64,000 nt of DNA from an uncultured Eubacteriales bacterium (GTDB lineage: Bacteria > Bacillota > Clostridia > Oscillospirales > Oscillospiraceae). Each line of letters opens with the position of its first letter. Within the stretch, counting starts at the first letter, position 1. A model generated the notes under the pieces. The model was not told the DNA's origin and did no database searches. It saw nothing but the letters and a program-made list of their open reading frames with translations. Below, piece after piece: positions 18,057 through 28,368 of the stretch. The stretch covers positions 33,917 through 97,916 of the forward strand of contig CATEPI010000006.1 in the NCBI GenBank assembly GCA_949525845.1, in the 5' to 3' direction. The position numbers were made by a program, and so were the translations under genes.

Positions 18057-18951
18057 GGTAATCAATGTGGTAAAGACCTTCGACGGCTTTCGCGCCCTGG
18101 ACGGTCTCACCATGACGGCGGAGAAGGGCTCCATCTACGGGCTGGTGGGCCCCAACGGGGCGGGCAAATCCACCATTCTGCGGCACATCATGGGCATTTA
18201 CCGGCCCGACTCCGGGTCGGTGCTGGTGGACGGGGATCAGGTCTACGAAAATCCGGCGGTAAAGGCCAGGATCGCCGCCATCCCCGACGAGCTGTACTAC
18301 TTCAACTCCGCCTCCACCCGGGATATGATGCGCTTTTACCGGGGGATGTACCCAAATTTCGACGCAAAGCGGTACGAGGCCCTGGCCGAGGCCTTCCCGG
18401 AGGTGGATGAAAAGCTGCCCATCCGGCGGCTGTCCAAGGGGATGCAGAAGCAGAGTGCCTTCCGGCTGGCCCTGTGCTGCAATCCGGATGTACTGGTCCT
18501 TGATGAGCCGGTGGACGGCCTGGACCCGGTGATGCGGCGGCAGGTGTGGTCCCTGCTCATGGGGGACGTGGCCCAGCGGGGGACCACCGTGCTGGTCAGC
18601 TCCCACAACCTGCGGGAGCTGGAGGACGTGTGCGACCATGTGGGCATCCTGTCCCACGGCAGGGTGCTGCTGGAGCGGTCCCTCACCGATTTGCAGGACA
18701 ACGTAGTGAAGCTTCAAATCGCCTTTGCCGACGGTAAGCTGCCCGAGCTGCCCCGTGACCTGAACGTGCTCCATACCTCTCAGATCGGGCGGGTGTTCAC
18801 CCTCATTGTCCGGGGCAGCCCGGCGGAGATTAAAACCCGCATGGCGGGCTTCGCCCCCATTCTCATGGAGGCCCTGCCCCTGACACTGGAGGAAATCTTT
18901 ATCTATGAACTGGGAGGTGAGGACTATGCGGTCCGCGACATCGTACTTTAA
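18049..18951 (+). CDS. ABC transporter ATP-binding protein
   Basis: GPNGAGKST, LSKGMQ, LVLDEPVDGLD, SSH. Confidence 0.95.
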   Translation: MIKVINVVKTFDGFRALDGLTMTAEKGSIYGLVGPNGAGKSTILRHIMGIYRPDSGSVLVDGDQVYENPAVKARIAAIPDELYYFNSASTRDMMRFYRGMYPNFDAKRYEALAEAFPEVDEKLPIRRLSKGMQKQSAFRLALCCNPDVLVLDEPVDGLDPVMRRQVWSLLMGDVAQRGTTVLVSSHNLRELEDVCDHVGILSHGRVLLERSLTDLQDNVVKLQIAFADGKLPELPRDLNVLHTSQIGRVFTLIVRGSPAEIKTRMAGFAPILMEALPLTLEEIFIYELGGEDYAVRDIVL

Positions 18952-20860
18952 CGGCACCCTCTACCGCAAGACCCTGGCCCGCTTCTGGCCCCTGTGGGGG
19001 CTGTGGGGGCTGTGGGGGCTGGGCTGGCTCTTTCTGCTGCCCCTGAACTTCCTCAACAGCTGGCTGCGCTACTCCCGCCAGTCGAGCTCCAATGCCCTGC
19101 GCTTTATGCTGCAAGACGCCGAAAACGTCCCCAGCCTGCTGTCCCCCGGCGTGTTCCTGGCCCTGCTCTTTGCCATTCTGTGCGCCATGGCGGTGTTCGG
19201 CTACCTCTATAACAGCCGTTCCGCCTGCTGGACCCACGCCCTGCCCCTGCGGCGGGAAGCCCTGTTTACCACCCAGTACCTGGCGGGGCTCTCTTTCCTG
19301 CTGCTGCCTCTGGCGGCGGCGGGGGTGCTCACCGCCGCGGTGGAGGTGTCATTCCTGCCCATGGAGCAATGGGGCACGGCCCTGTCCGCCCTGCTGACCT
19401 GGCTGCTGGCCCAGAGCGGCATCTGCCTGTTTTTCTTCTCCTTCGCCGCCTTCTGCGCCATGTTCACCGGCCACATTCTGGCCCTGCCCGCCTTCTACTT
19501 TATCCTCAACTGCCTGGTCTCCGGGCTCTGGGCCCTGGTGGACGCACTGATGTCGGAATTCTTCTACGGCTACTGGAGCAGCTCCGGGGTGTTGACGGTG
19601 GTGGAATACCTCACCCCGGCACACGCCCTGAGCCGCGCGGTGAACTACGGCGTTGGCGATGAGGGAAACCAGCTCAGCAGCCCCGTAACGGTGGCGGTCT
19701 ACGCCCTCGCGGGGGCGGCCCTGTTCCTGGTCTCCCTGTATGTCTACCGCCGGCGGCATGTGGAGACCGCCGGGGACGTGGTGTCCATCCCCCTGGTGCG
19801 GCCCCTGTTCAAATACGGCGTGTCCTTCTGCGTCGGGCTGTGCTTCGGTATGTTCACCGTCGTCTTCTTCAACTTCTACAGCCTCACCGCCCTGATTCCC
19901 TTCATCCTCCTCTGGTCGGCGGTGGGCTATTTCGCCGCCGAAATGCTTTTGAAAAAGTCCTTCCGGGTGTTCAGGGCCTGGAAGGGGGCGGCGGTGATGG
20001 CCGCTGTGCTGCTGGCCCTGTGCCTGGGCTGTCTGGCCGACGTGTTTGGCGTGGCGGGCCGGGTACCCGCCCCCGGTCAGGTGACGTCGGTGGAGGTGAC
20101 GCTTGATATGGGTTACCCCTCCGACGGCGGCCGTTCTCTCGGCGCCTACCTCGATGATCCCAATCAAATCCAGATCATTACCGCCCTCCACCAGGCCATC
20201 GTGGACAACCGGGACCGCGAGGGCCTGGACCTCGACTCGGACAACGACTACACCTCCGCCTACCTCACCTACCAGCTCTCCAACGGCAGCGAGCTGAGGC
20301 GGAGATACGCAGGCGTCCCCATCCGCGCCGGCGACCTGGATACCCCCGGCACCGTGGCCCACGCCATGCAGCAGCTCCTTGCCGACCGGGAGCTGGTGGC
20401 CACGGCATATGGCTTTGACAAGTTCCTGGAGGACGGCCGCCTCACCTCCGCCTATCTGGACCGGGTTAACCTGAACGGAGCGCCCTACAGCGACAATCTC
20501 TACCTGGACGACTACCGCCAGGAGCTGTGGGACGCGGTCCAGGCCGACTTTGACGAGGGGACCATCGGTGTGCGCTACCTCTTTAACATGGATACGGAGC
20601 GCAGGGAAAACACCTACCAGACCGATCTGATCTTTGAGATGTCCTACGACCGCAGTGAGACCGCCGGCCCCGCCGCCAGCGGAAGGGCCTATTATGAGAC
20701 CTCTCCCTCCAACAACTGCCTCTATGTCACCCTCACCCCCCAGGCGCGCCACACCCTGGCCGTGCTGGAGCAGACCGGCATCTTTGAGGAGGGGTACTCC
20801 CTGGCAGCCCACGAAACCGCAGATTATGACCCGGCCTATCCCGACACGGCAGCGCATTAA
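18926..20860 (+). CDS. ABC transporter permease with a large extracytoplasmic C-terminal domain
   Basis: Multiple hydrophobic helices, HALPLRRE motif; overlaps the ATPase gene. Confidence 0.85.
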   Translation: MRSATSYFNGTLYRKTLARFWPLWGLWGLWGLGWLFLLPLNFLNSWLRYSRQSSSNALRFMLQDAENVPSLLSPGVFLALLFAILCAMAVFGYLYNSRSACWTHALPLRREALFTTQYLAGLSFLLLPLAAAGVLTAAVEVSFLPMEQWGTALSALLTWLLAQSGICLFFFSFAAFCAMFTGHILALPAFYFILNCLVSGLWALVDALMSEFFYGYWSSSGVLTVVEYLTPAHALSRAVNYGVGDEGNQLSSPVTVAVYALAGAALFLVSLYVYRRRHVETAGDVVSIPLVRPLFKYGVSFCVGLCFGMFTVVFFNFYSLTALIPFILLWSAVGYFAAEMLLKKSFRVFRAWKGAAVMAAVLLALCLGCLADVFGVAGRVPAPGQVTSVEVTLDMGYPSDGGRSLGAYLDDPNQIQIITALHQAIVDNRDREGLDLDSDNDYTSAYLTYQLSNGSELRRRYAGVPIRAGDLDTPGTVAHAMQQLLADRELVATAYGFDKFLEDGRLTSAYLDRVNLNGAPYSDNLYLDDYRQELWDAVQADFDEGTIGVRYLFNMDTERRENTYQTDLIFEMSYDRSETAGPAASGRAYYETSPSNNCLYVTLTPQARHTLAVLEQTGIFEEGYSLAAHETADYDPAYPDTAAH

Positions 20861-20924
20861 CCCCGTCCACTGTGCGGACCGCGCCGCGTATTAAAACGCA
20901 CAGCCCAAAGGACTGCGCCAAAAA

Positions 20925-21095
20925 GCCTCCTTTAGAAAGGAGGTGCCCCAGTGCGCACACTGGGGCGGAGGATTGCGTTTTGCGAAGCAAAACATACGAA
21001 GTAAACAAGGATTAGGATTATTTCATACATTTTGCCTTCGGCAAAATACAATCCTCAGTCAGCCTTCGGCTGACAGCTCCTTTCAAAAGGAGCCT
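20925..21095. mobile_element. Composite REP/MITE-like element, copy 1
   Basis: Outer units nearly identical to 59643-59823; the interior carries two GAA-loop hairpins. Confidence 0.75.
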
Positions 21096-21203
21096 GCCCC
21101 CTCTGTCGGCTTCGCCGACATCTCCCCCTGTCAGGGGGAGTCGGCCCTGCGGGGGCGGAGGTTTTTTGACAGTTTAAGCCTTCCCCCTTGAAGGGGGAAG
21201 GCG
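21096..21203. repeat. Additional REP-like palindromes
   Basis: ccctctgtcggcttcgccgacatctccccctgtcaggggga; gccttcccccttgaagggggaaggc. Confidence 0.65.
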
Positions 21204-21334
21204 TTTTCTTCGCCCAAAAACCGTAGAAAATCTTATTGCATTTTCGCCGGGTCTTCGGTATAATGAAGTGCAAGAGCGGTTATCCCGGGCACTCCCCGGA
21301 GCGCCCTATAAAAATTCAGGAGGTAATACACATC

Positions 21335-22591
21335 ATGAGAGAAGTTTATGTCGTCAACTGCTGCCGCACCGCCATCGGTTCCTTCGGCGGGTCCCTGAAG
21401 GACACCCCCGCCGCCGAGCTGGGCGCCACCGTCATCAAAGAGGCCCTGAACCGGGCCGGCGTAAAGCCCGAGAACGTGGACGAGGTTATGTTCGGCTGCA
21501 TCCTCACCGCCGGTCTGGGCCAGAACGTGGCCCGTCAGGCCAGCCTGAAGGCCGGCATCCCCACCTCCGTCCCCGCCTACACCGTGGGCATGGTGTGCGG
21601 CTCCGGTATGAAGTCGGTCATTGAGGCCGGCCGGACCATCGCCCTGGGCGACGCTGAGATCATCGTGGCCGGCGGCACCGAGAACATGTCCGCCGCCCCC
21701 TACGCCATCCCCGCCGCCCGCTGGGGCGCCCGCATGGGCGACAATAAGATGGTGGACACCATGATCAAGGACGGCCTGTGGGACGTGTATAACAACTACC
21801 ACATGGGCACCACCGCCGAGAACATCTGCGACGTGTGGGGCATCACCCGTGAGGAGCTGGACGAGTTCGGCTACAACTCCCAGAAGAAGGCCGCCGACGC
21901 CATGGAAGCCGGCAAGTTCGACGACGAGATCGTCCCCGTGATGATTAAGGTCAAGAAGGAAATGGTGGAGTTCAAAAAGGACGAATTCCCCCGCCTGTCC
22001 CCCCTGGATAAGCTGGCCAAGCTGCGCGGCGCCTTCCCCTGCGGCCCCGAGGGCGTGGAGGACGAAATTGTCCACACCTTCCAGCCCGCCGGCGTCCACG
22101 AGGCCGACGCCAAGAAGCATGTCCAGCGCGTGACCGCCGGCCAGGCCTCCGGCATCAACGACGGCGCCGCCGCCATCGTGCTGGCCTCCAAGGAGGCCGT
22201 TGAGAAGTACGGCCTGAAGCCCATGGCCAAGCTGGTCAGCTGGGGCCAGGGCGGCGTGGATCCCAAGATTATGGGCGTGGGCCCCGTGCCCGCCTCCCGT
22301 CAGGCCCTGGACAAGGCCGGCCTGAAGATCGAGGACATGGACCTGGTGGAGGCCAACGAGGCCTTTGCCGCCCAGTCCATCGCCGTGGCCCGTGAGCTGA
22401 ACTTCGACATGAGCAAGGTCAACGTTAACGGCGGCGCCATTGCCCTGGGCCACCCCGTGGGCGCTTCCGGCGCGCGGATCATCGTCACCCTGCTCCACGA
22501 GCTGGCCAAGCGGGACGACGCCAAGAAGGGCCTGGCCACCCTGTGCATCGGCGGCGGCATGGGCGTTGCCACCATTTTTGAGAAGTGCTAA
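21335..22591 (+). CDS. thlA: Acetyl-CoA C-acetyltransferase (thiolase) with an internal insertion
   Basis: [25 protein letters not shown] catalytic motifs intact; 418 aa. Confidence 0.93.
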   Translation: MREVYVVNCCRTAIGSFGGSLKDTPAAELGATVIKEALNRAGVKPENVDEVMFGCILTAGLGQNVARQASLKAGIPTSVPAYTVGMVCGSGMKSVIEAGRTIALGDAEIIVAGGTENMSAAPYAIPAARWGARMGDNKMVDTMIKDGLWDVYNNYHMGTTAENICDVWGITREELDEFGYNSQKKAADAMEAGKFDDEIVPVMIKVKKEMVEFKKDEFPRLSPLDKLAKLRGAFPCGPEGVEDEIVHTFQPAGVHEADAKKHVQRVTAGQASGINDGAAAIVLASKEAVEKYGLKPMAKLVSWGQGGVDPKIMGVGPVPASRQALDKAGLKIEDMDLVEANEAFAAQSIAVARELNFDMSKVNVNGGAIALGHPVGASGARIIVTLLHELAKRDDAKKGLATLCIGGGMGVATIFEKC

Positions 22592-22616
22592 GATTTTCGT
22601 AAATAGTACGCCTCAT

Positions 22617-22647
22617 GGCCCGGAGCTTTGCTCCGGGCCGTTTTTTG
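22617..22647 (+). terminator. Intrinsic terminator after the thiolase
   Basis: ggcccggagc-ttt-gctccgggcc-gtttttt. Confidence 0.85.
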
Positions 22648-22782
22648 AAATCGAATCATTTTTACAACAAATCCGGTGTGCGGCGCATACTATGGATTGG
22701 GATGCTGGCCGGCAAGCTGACCGAACCCGGACTGTCCACCAGTCCCCGCGTACCCAATGTGGAAAAATGTGTGGGAAAGTCC

Positions 22783-22811
22783 TTGACAAAGGTTATAACT
22801 GCTGGTATAGT
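22783..22811 (+). promoter_or_regulatory. Sigma70 promoter of the abi locus
   Basis: TTGACA-17-TATAGT. Confidence 0.8.
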
Positions 22812-22817
22812 AATCTC

Positions 22818-22885
22818 AGTGATTGTGTTGCAGAAACCTGTGAGGCCTGCGACCCAGGGGGTTCCTGCGGGGGCCCTCTTTTTTT
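22818..22885 (+). ncRNA. Putative abiF-type leader/antitoxin RNA
   Basis: Hairpin GTTGCAG..CTGCGAC (22827-22853), then a terminator hairpin (22856-22879) and T-run, between the promoter and the Abi CDS. Confidence 0.6.
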
Positions 22886-22911
22886 ATAAATGTCAGGTGG
22901 TGACTGACCGG

Positions 22912-23853
22912 ATGGCAAAACCGTTTTTGACCTATCCGCAGCAGATTGCGAAGCTGCGTGACGAGAAGGGCCTGATGATTCAGGACGAGCCTTATGCGGA
23001 AGCAATGCTTCGGCAGAACAGTTACTTTGCTCTCGTCACCGGGTATAAGCATCTGTTCAAGGACCAGGCAACCGGGAAATATAAGGCTGGCACCCGATTT
23101 GAGGACCTGGTTGCGCTTTATGAATTTGACCGCAGCCTGCGTGAGCTGTTTCTGCCCTACCTGTGCCGGGTGGAGCGGCACATTCGCTCCCTGATGTCAT
23201 ACTACTTTTCTGAAAAGTATGGAGAATCCCAGCAGGCCTATCTGGACAAAAGCAATTATCAGTACTCAGGTGACAACATACCGCGGGTTGACAAGCTGAT
23301 TTACAAATTATCCGGTATTATTTACGCGCCCAACAGTCCCTATGTGTACATCCGGCACTATGTATCCCGAAATCACAATGTTCCTCTCTGGGTGCTTTTA
23401 AATGCCGTCACATTTGGCACCCTCTCAAAAATGTACATGCTGCTGCCTCAAAATCTCCAAATTAAAATCAGCGCGAATTTTCCGGGCATCAACGAACGTC
23501 AGTTGTCCGCTGTTTTAAGCATCCTTTCCAAATACAGAAACGTCTGCGCCCACAATGAACGGTTGTTTTCCCACCGCTTTCGGGAAAGCATCCCCGATCT
23601 GCTCCTGCATCAAAAGCTCGGGATTCCAAAAACAGGAGCCCAATACAGCTGCGGAAAGTCAGACCTGTTTTCCGTGGTCATCGCACTGCGGTATCTTTTG
23701 CCGAAAAACGATTTTTTGGCGCTGAAGCAGGAACTTGTGCTGCTGATTAACAAGTTTAAGCGCAGTACGACAGCCATTCAGGAAAAAGAACTTCTTTCAG
23801 CTATGGGATTTCCTGAAAACTGGACCTCCATTACAAGGTTCCGCAAGCTATAA
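22912..23853 (+). CDS. Abi_2 (AbiD/AbiF-family) HEPN ribonuclease
   Basis: KPFLTYPQQIAKL, SYFALVTGYK, LYEFDRSLR, VERHIRS, TFGTLSKMY, HEPN motif RNVCAH. Confidence 0.9.
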   Translation: MAKPFLTYPQQIAKLRDEKGLMIQDEPYAEAMLRQNSYFALVTGYKHLFKDQATGKYKAGTRFEDLVALYEFDRSLRELFLPYLCRVERHIRSLMSYYFSEKYGESQQAYLDKSNYQYSGDNIPRVDKLIYKLSGIIYAPNSPYVYIRHYVSRNHNVPLWVLLNAVTFGTLSKMYMLLPQNLQIKISANFPGINERQLSAVLSILSKYRNVCAHNERLFSHRFRESIPDLLLHQKLGIPKTGAQYSCGKSDLFSVVIALRYLLPKNDFLALKQELVLLINKFKRSTTAIQEKELLSAMGFPENWTSITRFRKL

Positions 23854-23870
23854 GCACCATAATGCGAAAA

Positions 23871-23905
23871 ACCCCGGATACCTGCTCCAAGGTATCCGGG
23901 GCTTC
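23871..23905 (+). terminator. Terminator after the abi gene
   Basis: ccccggatacct-gctcca-aggtatccgggg. Confidence 0.7.
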
Positions 23906-24246
23906 CCGTTGAAAAAGAGGATTAAAATGAAACGAACTGTCTCTTGCAGATTTTATAATACAGGAAAGATATTAACAAATCCAACGTCAGTTGTTACAAA
24001 AGGATTAAATCATCCAAAAAATTTTGGAGGGGCGCAGGACCTTTTGGCAGATTTAGACAGGCCTCCAGACAGAGAGAAAGGCCAACGGAGCGACCCGTCA
24101 GCCTTTCAAAAAATGGAGGATAGAATGAAAAGATGTTCTTGCCTTGCGAGTATGAGTATAGACAAAAGATTTTACAAAAGTTCTTTCAAGATGTTACAAA
24201 AGCTTTAAATCTTTTCGAGAAAATTTCCCGCCGGAAGGAGGAGCCG

Positions 24247-25083
24247 CTATTTTCCGCCAAAAAGCTTTTTCAGCCATCCCGCTTTCTTCTTCCTGGCCGC
24301 CTCCGGGGCGGGCGGGTCCGGAACGTTCACGGTATGTACCTGCCGCTCCACCTGGGCCGTGGTCGGATCGCCGCCCTGGGCGCGGATGGCCTCCTCCAGC
24401 TGCCGCCGGCAGGTCTCCACATAGATGGTCACGCCTTCTATGTCGCAGTTATTCAAATAGGAACGGCACACCGTCTCCTGGATATTCATGGGGTTGGGCT
24501 CAATGACCTCGGTGGCCTCCAGCAGCCCCAGGTTCTCCCGCCCGGCGTGCTCCAGGGCCTTGAAAAATACAGGCAGCGTGTTGCCAAAGACCGACTCCAG
24601 CGCCGCCCGGACCGGGCCGCTCTGGCCGTCGGCCAGCAGCCGGGGCACCTGGTCCTCCGGGATGTACACCCCGCCGCTGTAGTTTTCCAGAATGCAGTTC
24701 TGAACCGGATTTGAAAGCCGGTCCCCCAGAATCTTCTGGAAGGGCAGGGTGTAGGCCGCCATGGCTGGCTGGTCCATCAGGTTGGAGTACAGTCCGCCCC
24801 GGGTGTAGTAATAGGTGCGGAACAGCCCCTGAACCGCCGCCAGGATGTAGCTGTGGGTCTTGTCGAAGGACTCCCTCGGCTGGACCTTCGCCGCCGTCTC
24901 CATAATCTCCTGGTACCGGGCGGCGCAGAATTTCTCGTTGCCGTTGTCGCTGCCCATCCGGTACTCCTCCGTCAGCGCCATAAGCCCGGAGTGGTCCCCT
25001 GAGCGCACCTCCTCCAGCCGGTCGAAATACCAGTGGAACATCTCCTTCTGACTGATTGGATGCCAGCTTACGTCAAATCCCAT
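24247..25083 (-). CDS. Hypothetical protein
   Basis: 278-aa ORF starting MGFDVSWHPIS, RBS AGGAGG; no family recognised. Confidence 0.75.
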   Translation of the reverse strand: MGFDVSWHPISQKEMFHWYFDRLEEVRSGDHSGLMALTEEYRMGSDNGNEKFCAARYQEIMETAAKVQPRESFDKTHSYILAAVQGLFRTYYYTRGGLYSNLMDQPAMAAYTLPFQKILGDRLSNPVQNCILENYSGGVYIPEDQVPRLLADGQSGPVRAALESVFGNTLPVFFKALEHAGRENLGLLEATEVIEPNPMNIQETVCRSYLNNCDIEGVTIYVETCRRQLEEAIRAQGGDPTTAQVERQVHTVNVPDPPAPEAARKKKAGWLKKLFGGK

Positions 25084-25190
25084 TTTATAATGCCTCCTTT
25101 GTTTGCACCGATATCGGAGCAATTATACCCCATTCCTTTGCTATTGTCAAACTATGTTTGTTCCGAAATTGGTGCAAAGGATGTGGGGTT

Positions 25191-25418
25191 TTGAATAAAG
25201 CGTATGAATATGCTCTGGGACAAAATATCCGCACACTTCGGGAGCAGCGAGGGCTGACACAGGAACAGTTATCCGCCCAACTGCAAGTCCGTGGCTGTGA
25301 TATCACCAGAAGCTGTCTGGCTAAAATCGAAGCTGGACAGCGGCACATTTATCCAGACGAGCTGCGCTGCGTAAAAGAGGTTCTGCGTGTTTCTTTTGAG
25401 GAGCTTTTCCCGAAATAG
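25191..25418 (+). CDS. XRE-family HTH regulator
   Basis: GQNIRTLREQRGLTQEQLSAQLQ-ITRSCLAKIEAGQR; TTG start inferred. Confidence 0.85.
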   Translation: MNKAYEYALGQNIRTLREQRGLTQEQLSAQLQVRGCDITRSCLAKIEAGQRHIYPDELRCVKEVLRVSFEELFPK

Positions 25419-25420
25419 CG

Positions 25421-25864
25421 TCACCGCAGACCTTGAAAAAATTCCTGGAGCACCGCCTCACACTCCCGCTCCAGGGGGCCCTGGTAGATGCGGGGACGGT
25501 GGTTAAATCGCTCCTCAAACAGGTTGAGCACCGACCCGCAGCACCCCGCCTTGGGGTCCTTCACGCCGTAGCGCACCTCCTCGATCCGGGCGTTGATGAT
25601 GGCTCCGGCGCACATGGGGCAGGGCTCCAGGGTGACATACAGGGCGCAGCCGTGGAGCCGCCAGCTCCCCAGCCGGGCGCAGGCCTCCCGGATGGCCTCC
25701 ACCTCCGCGTGGGCGGTGGCGTCGCCGCCCGCCTCCCGGCGGTTGCGGCCCCGGCCGATAATCTCCCCGTCCTTCACGATGACGCACCCCACCGGCACAT
25801 CGCCGTCAGTGATGGCCTCCCGGGCCAGACGCAGGGCCTCGGCCATGAAATATTCGTGGTTCAT
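25421..25864 (-). CDS. tadA: tRNA adenosine(34) deaminase
   Basis: DATAHAE, LYVTLEPCPMCAGA, DPKAG. Confidence 0.93.
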   Translation of the reverse strand: MNHEYFMAEALRLAREAITDGDVPVGCVIVKDGEIIGRGRNRREAGGDATAHAEVEAIREACARLGSWRLHGCALYVTLEPCPMCAGAIINARIEEVRYGVKDPKAGCCGSVLNLFEERFNHRPRIYQGPLERECEAVLQEFFQGLR

Positions 25865-25872
25865 ATTGATAC

Positions 25873-26124
25873 TTACCCTTTGTAAACGCCGCCCCGGTTG
25901 TCTACCTTGATGACCTGGACGGTCAAAATATCGTTGTACAGATAGTAAATTGCCCGGTACGTGCCGATGCGGACCCGATATTGCCCTTTGTGCCCCCGCA
26001 TAGGTGATACATCTCCCTCAAACGGAAGCTTGTAAAGTGCCCTCAATATCCGCTCCTGCTGGTCCCTGGACTGGGTCAGAATAAACTTTCGGGCGGGCTT
26101 TTCAATCAAAATCTTATACTTCAC
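25873..26124 (-). CDS. relE: RelE/ParE-family toxin
   Basis: YRVRIGTYRAIY, VQVIKVDNRGGVYK; 4-nt overlap with the upstream antitoxin. Confidence 0.88.
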   Translation of the reverse strand: MKYKILIEKPARKFILTQSRDQQERILRALYKLPFEGDVSPMRGHKGQYRVRIGTYRAIYYLYNDILTVQVIKVDNRGGVYKG

Positions 26125-26339
26125 AGCACAATCCCCAGCTGTTTCGCAAAGTCCTCAATGGGCATGGGGTCACCCCGCTCCGGGTCATTCTCATAATCCC
26201 GCGCCATTTTTTCACAGAATGCCTCGTCTGCCGTATCATCAATTGCCTGCTTCATGGCCTGGAGCACAGCCACAACATTGATAAGCTGCGTGTCGCTGAA
26301 GCTGTCCAGAATGGCGTTACATCGTTCACGGTTACTCAT
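26121..26339 (-). CDS. Putative antitoxin of the RelE toxin
   Basis: Small acidic protein ending PMPIEDFAKQLGIVL, translationally coupled to relE. Confidence 0.75.
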   Translation of the reverse strand: MSNRERCNAILDSFSDTQLINVVAVLQAMKQAIDDTADEAFCEKMARDYENDPERGDPMPIEDFAKQLGIVL

Positions 26340-26487
26340 GCCGCAAAACCTCCTTCTAAATCACAAAGATATGATTTATTGTACCATTTTAATTATACCA
26401 TGATAGGTAAATGAAAACAAGACCCCTTGCCCCAAACACCAAACCGTGATACAATACACGGCGAATCTATCCTGGGGAGCGCCGTCT

Positions 26488-28362
26488 ATGAAGACCTATT
26501 TCGCTGGACAATTTGATATCGCCGTCATCGGGGCGGGCCACGCGGGCATCGAGGCCGCGCTGGCCGCCGCCCGGATGGGGATGAAAACCCTTTGCTTCAC
26601 CGTCAACCTGGACGCGGTGGGCAACATGCCCTGCAATCCGGCTGTCGGGGGGACGGGGAAGGGCCATCTGGTCCGGGAGCTGGACGCCCTGGGGGGCGAG
26701 ATGGCCAAAGCCGCCGACAAGGCCTGCATCCAGTACCGGCTGCTCAACCGGAGCAAGGGCCCCGCCGTCTGGTCCCTCCGGGCCCAGGCCGACCGCCGGG
26801 AGTACCAGAAGGTGATGAAGCACACCCTGGAGAAGCAGGAGAACCTGTGGGTGAAGCAGGCGGAAATTGTGGATATCCTCACCGAAGACGGCGCGGTGTC
26901 CGGGGTGGTCACCCACACCGGGGCGGTGTATGAGGTGAAGGCCGCTGTCGTCGCCACCGGCACCCATTTAGGGGGCCGCATCGTGGTGGGAGAGGTGGTC
27001 CGGGACTCCGGCCCCGACGGCCTGTCCGCCGCCCTGGCCCTGACCCAATCGCTGATAAAGCTGGGCCTGTCCATCCGCCGGTTCAAGACGGGCACGCCCC
27101 CTCGGGTCAACGCCCGCAGCGTGGATTTCTCCAAAATGGAGCTCCAGGAGGGGGACGGGGAGGGGCTGGCCTTCTCCTTTCAGACGGAGCGCCCTCCGGA
27201 AAACCGGGCGGTGTGCTGGCTGACCTATACCAACGAGGAGACTCACAGGGTCATCCGGGCCAACCTGGACCGTTCCCCCCTCTACGACGGCACCATCGAG
27301 GGGGTGGGCCCGCGCTACTGCCCCTCCATCGAGACCAAGGTGGAGCGTTTCCCCGACAAGGAGCGCCACCAGCTGTTCATCGAACCCATGGGGCTGGACA
27401 CCGAGGAGCTGTATATCCAGGGCTTCTCCTCCTCCCTGCCTGAGGAGGTGCAGATCCAGATGCTCCACACCATCCCCGGCCTGGAGCAGGCCGAGATGAC
27501 CCGGTGCGCCTACGCCATTGAGTATGACTGCGTGGATCCCACCGGACTGGAGGCCACCCTGGAGACCAAGGCCGTCCCCGGCCTGTACGGGGCGGGGCAG
27601 TTCAACGGCTCCTCCGGCTATGAGGAGGCCGCTGTCCAGGGCTTTGTGGCCGGGGTGAACGCCGCCCTGAAAATCCAGGGAAAGCCGCCCCTGATCCTCC
27701 GCCGGGACCAGGGGTACATTGGGGTGCTCATCGACGACCTGGTCACCAAGGGCACCAACGAGCCCTACCGGATGATGACCTCCCGCACTGAGTACCGCCT
27801 GCTCCACCGCCAGGACAACGCCGACCGGCGGCTTGCCCCTGTCGGCTTTGAATTGGGGCTGGTCTCACGGGAACAATATGAGCGGGTGCAGCGGAAATAC
27901 GAGGCCGTGGACCGGGAGGTCCGCCGCCTGGAGCACACCGGCACGCCGCCCACCCCGGAGCTGGCCGCCCTGCTGGAGGCCCGGGGGGAGCCCCCGGTGA
28001 AGGACGGGGCCCGGCTGGCCGACCTGCTCCGCCGCCCCCGGCTGTCCTACGCCGATTTGGCCCCCTTCGACCCCGCCCGGCCGACCCTGGACCCGGCGGT
28101 GGTCAGCGAGGCGGAAATTACCATCAAATACGCCGGGTACATCGAACGCCAGCTGCGCCAGGTGGAGGAGGTCCGCCGCCTGGAGGAGCGGCCCATGCCG
28201 GAGGACATCGACTATGCGTCCATCGCCGGCCTGCGGCTGGAGGCCCGGCAGAAGCTGGATGCCATCCGCCCCAAAAACCTGGGCCAGGCGGGCCGGATGT
28301 CCGGGGTGTCCCCGGCGGACGTGGCGGTACTGATGGTGTATTTGAAGCAGAGAGAGGGATAG
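26488..28362 (+). CDS. mnmG: tRNA uridine-5-carboxymethylaminomethyl modification enzyme MnmG (GidA)
   Basis: [44 protein letters not shown]. Confidence 0.97.
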   Translation: MKTYFAGQFDIAVIGAGHAGIEAALAAARMGMKTLCFTVNLDAVGNMPCNPAVGGTGKGHLVRELDALGGEMAKAADKACIQYRLLNRSKGPAVWSLRAQADRREYQKVMKHTLEKQENLWVKQAEIVDILTEDGAVSGVVTHTGAVYEVKAAVVATGTHLGGRIVVGEVVRDSGPDGLSAALALTQSLIKLGLSIRRFKTGTPPRVNARSVDFSKMELQEGDGEGLAFSFQTERPPENRAVCWLTYTNEETHRVIRANLDRSPLYDGTIEGVGPRYCPSIETKVERFPDKERHQLFIEPMGLDTEELYIQGFSSSLPEEVQIQMLHTIPGLEQAEMTRCAYAIEYDCVDPTGLEATLETKAVPGLYGAGQFNGSSGYEEAAVQGFVAGVNAALKIQGKPPLILRRDQGYIGVLIDDLVTKGTNEPYRMMTSRTEYRLLHRQDNADRRLAPVGFELGLVSREQYERVQRKYEAVDREVRRLEHTGTPPTPELAALLEARGEPPVKDGARLADLLRRPRLSYADLAPFDPARPTLDPAVVSEAEITIKYAGYIERQLRQVEEVRRLEERPMPEDIDYASIAGLRLEARQKLDAIRPKNLGQAGRMSGVSPADVAVLMVYLKQREG

Positions 28363-28368
28363 GGCACT

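Noticed and set aside
22757-22780. DnaA-box-like TGTGGAAAA upstream of the abi promoter
   Set aside because: A single degenerate match is expected by chance.
22615-22911. N-terminal extensions in the ORF track (abi, and similarly mnmG, pncB, rnhA, gyrB, dnaN, yaaA, M23, MBL)
   Set aside because: They run through promoters, terminators or REPs. Downstream starts have RBSs and match the family N-termini.
24020-24110. Riboswitch (guanidine/ykkC- or glycine-like purine-rich segment)
   Set aside because: The conserved cores do not match, and there is no substantial downstream gene on that strand.
23909-24208. 99-aa ORF as a real gene
   Set aside because: No recognisable motif and atypical composition; kept only as an unexplained region.
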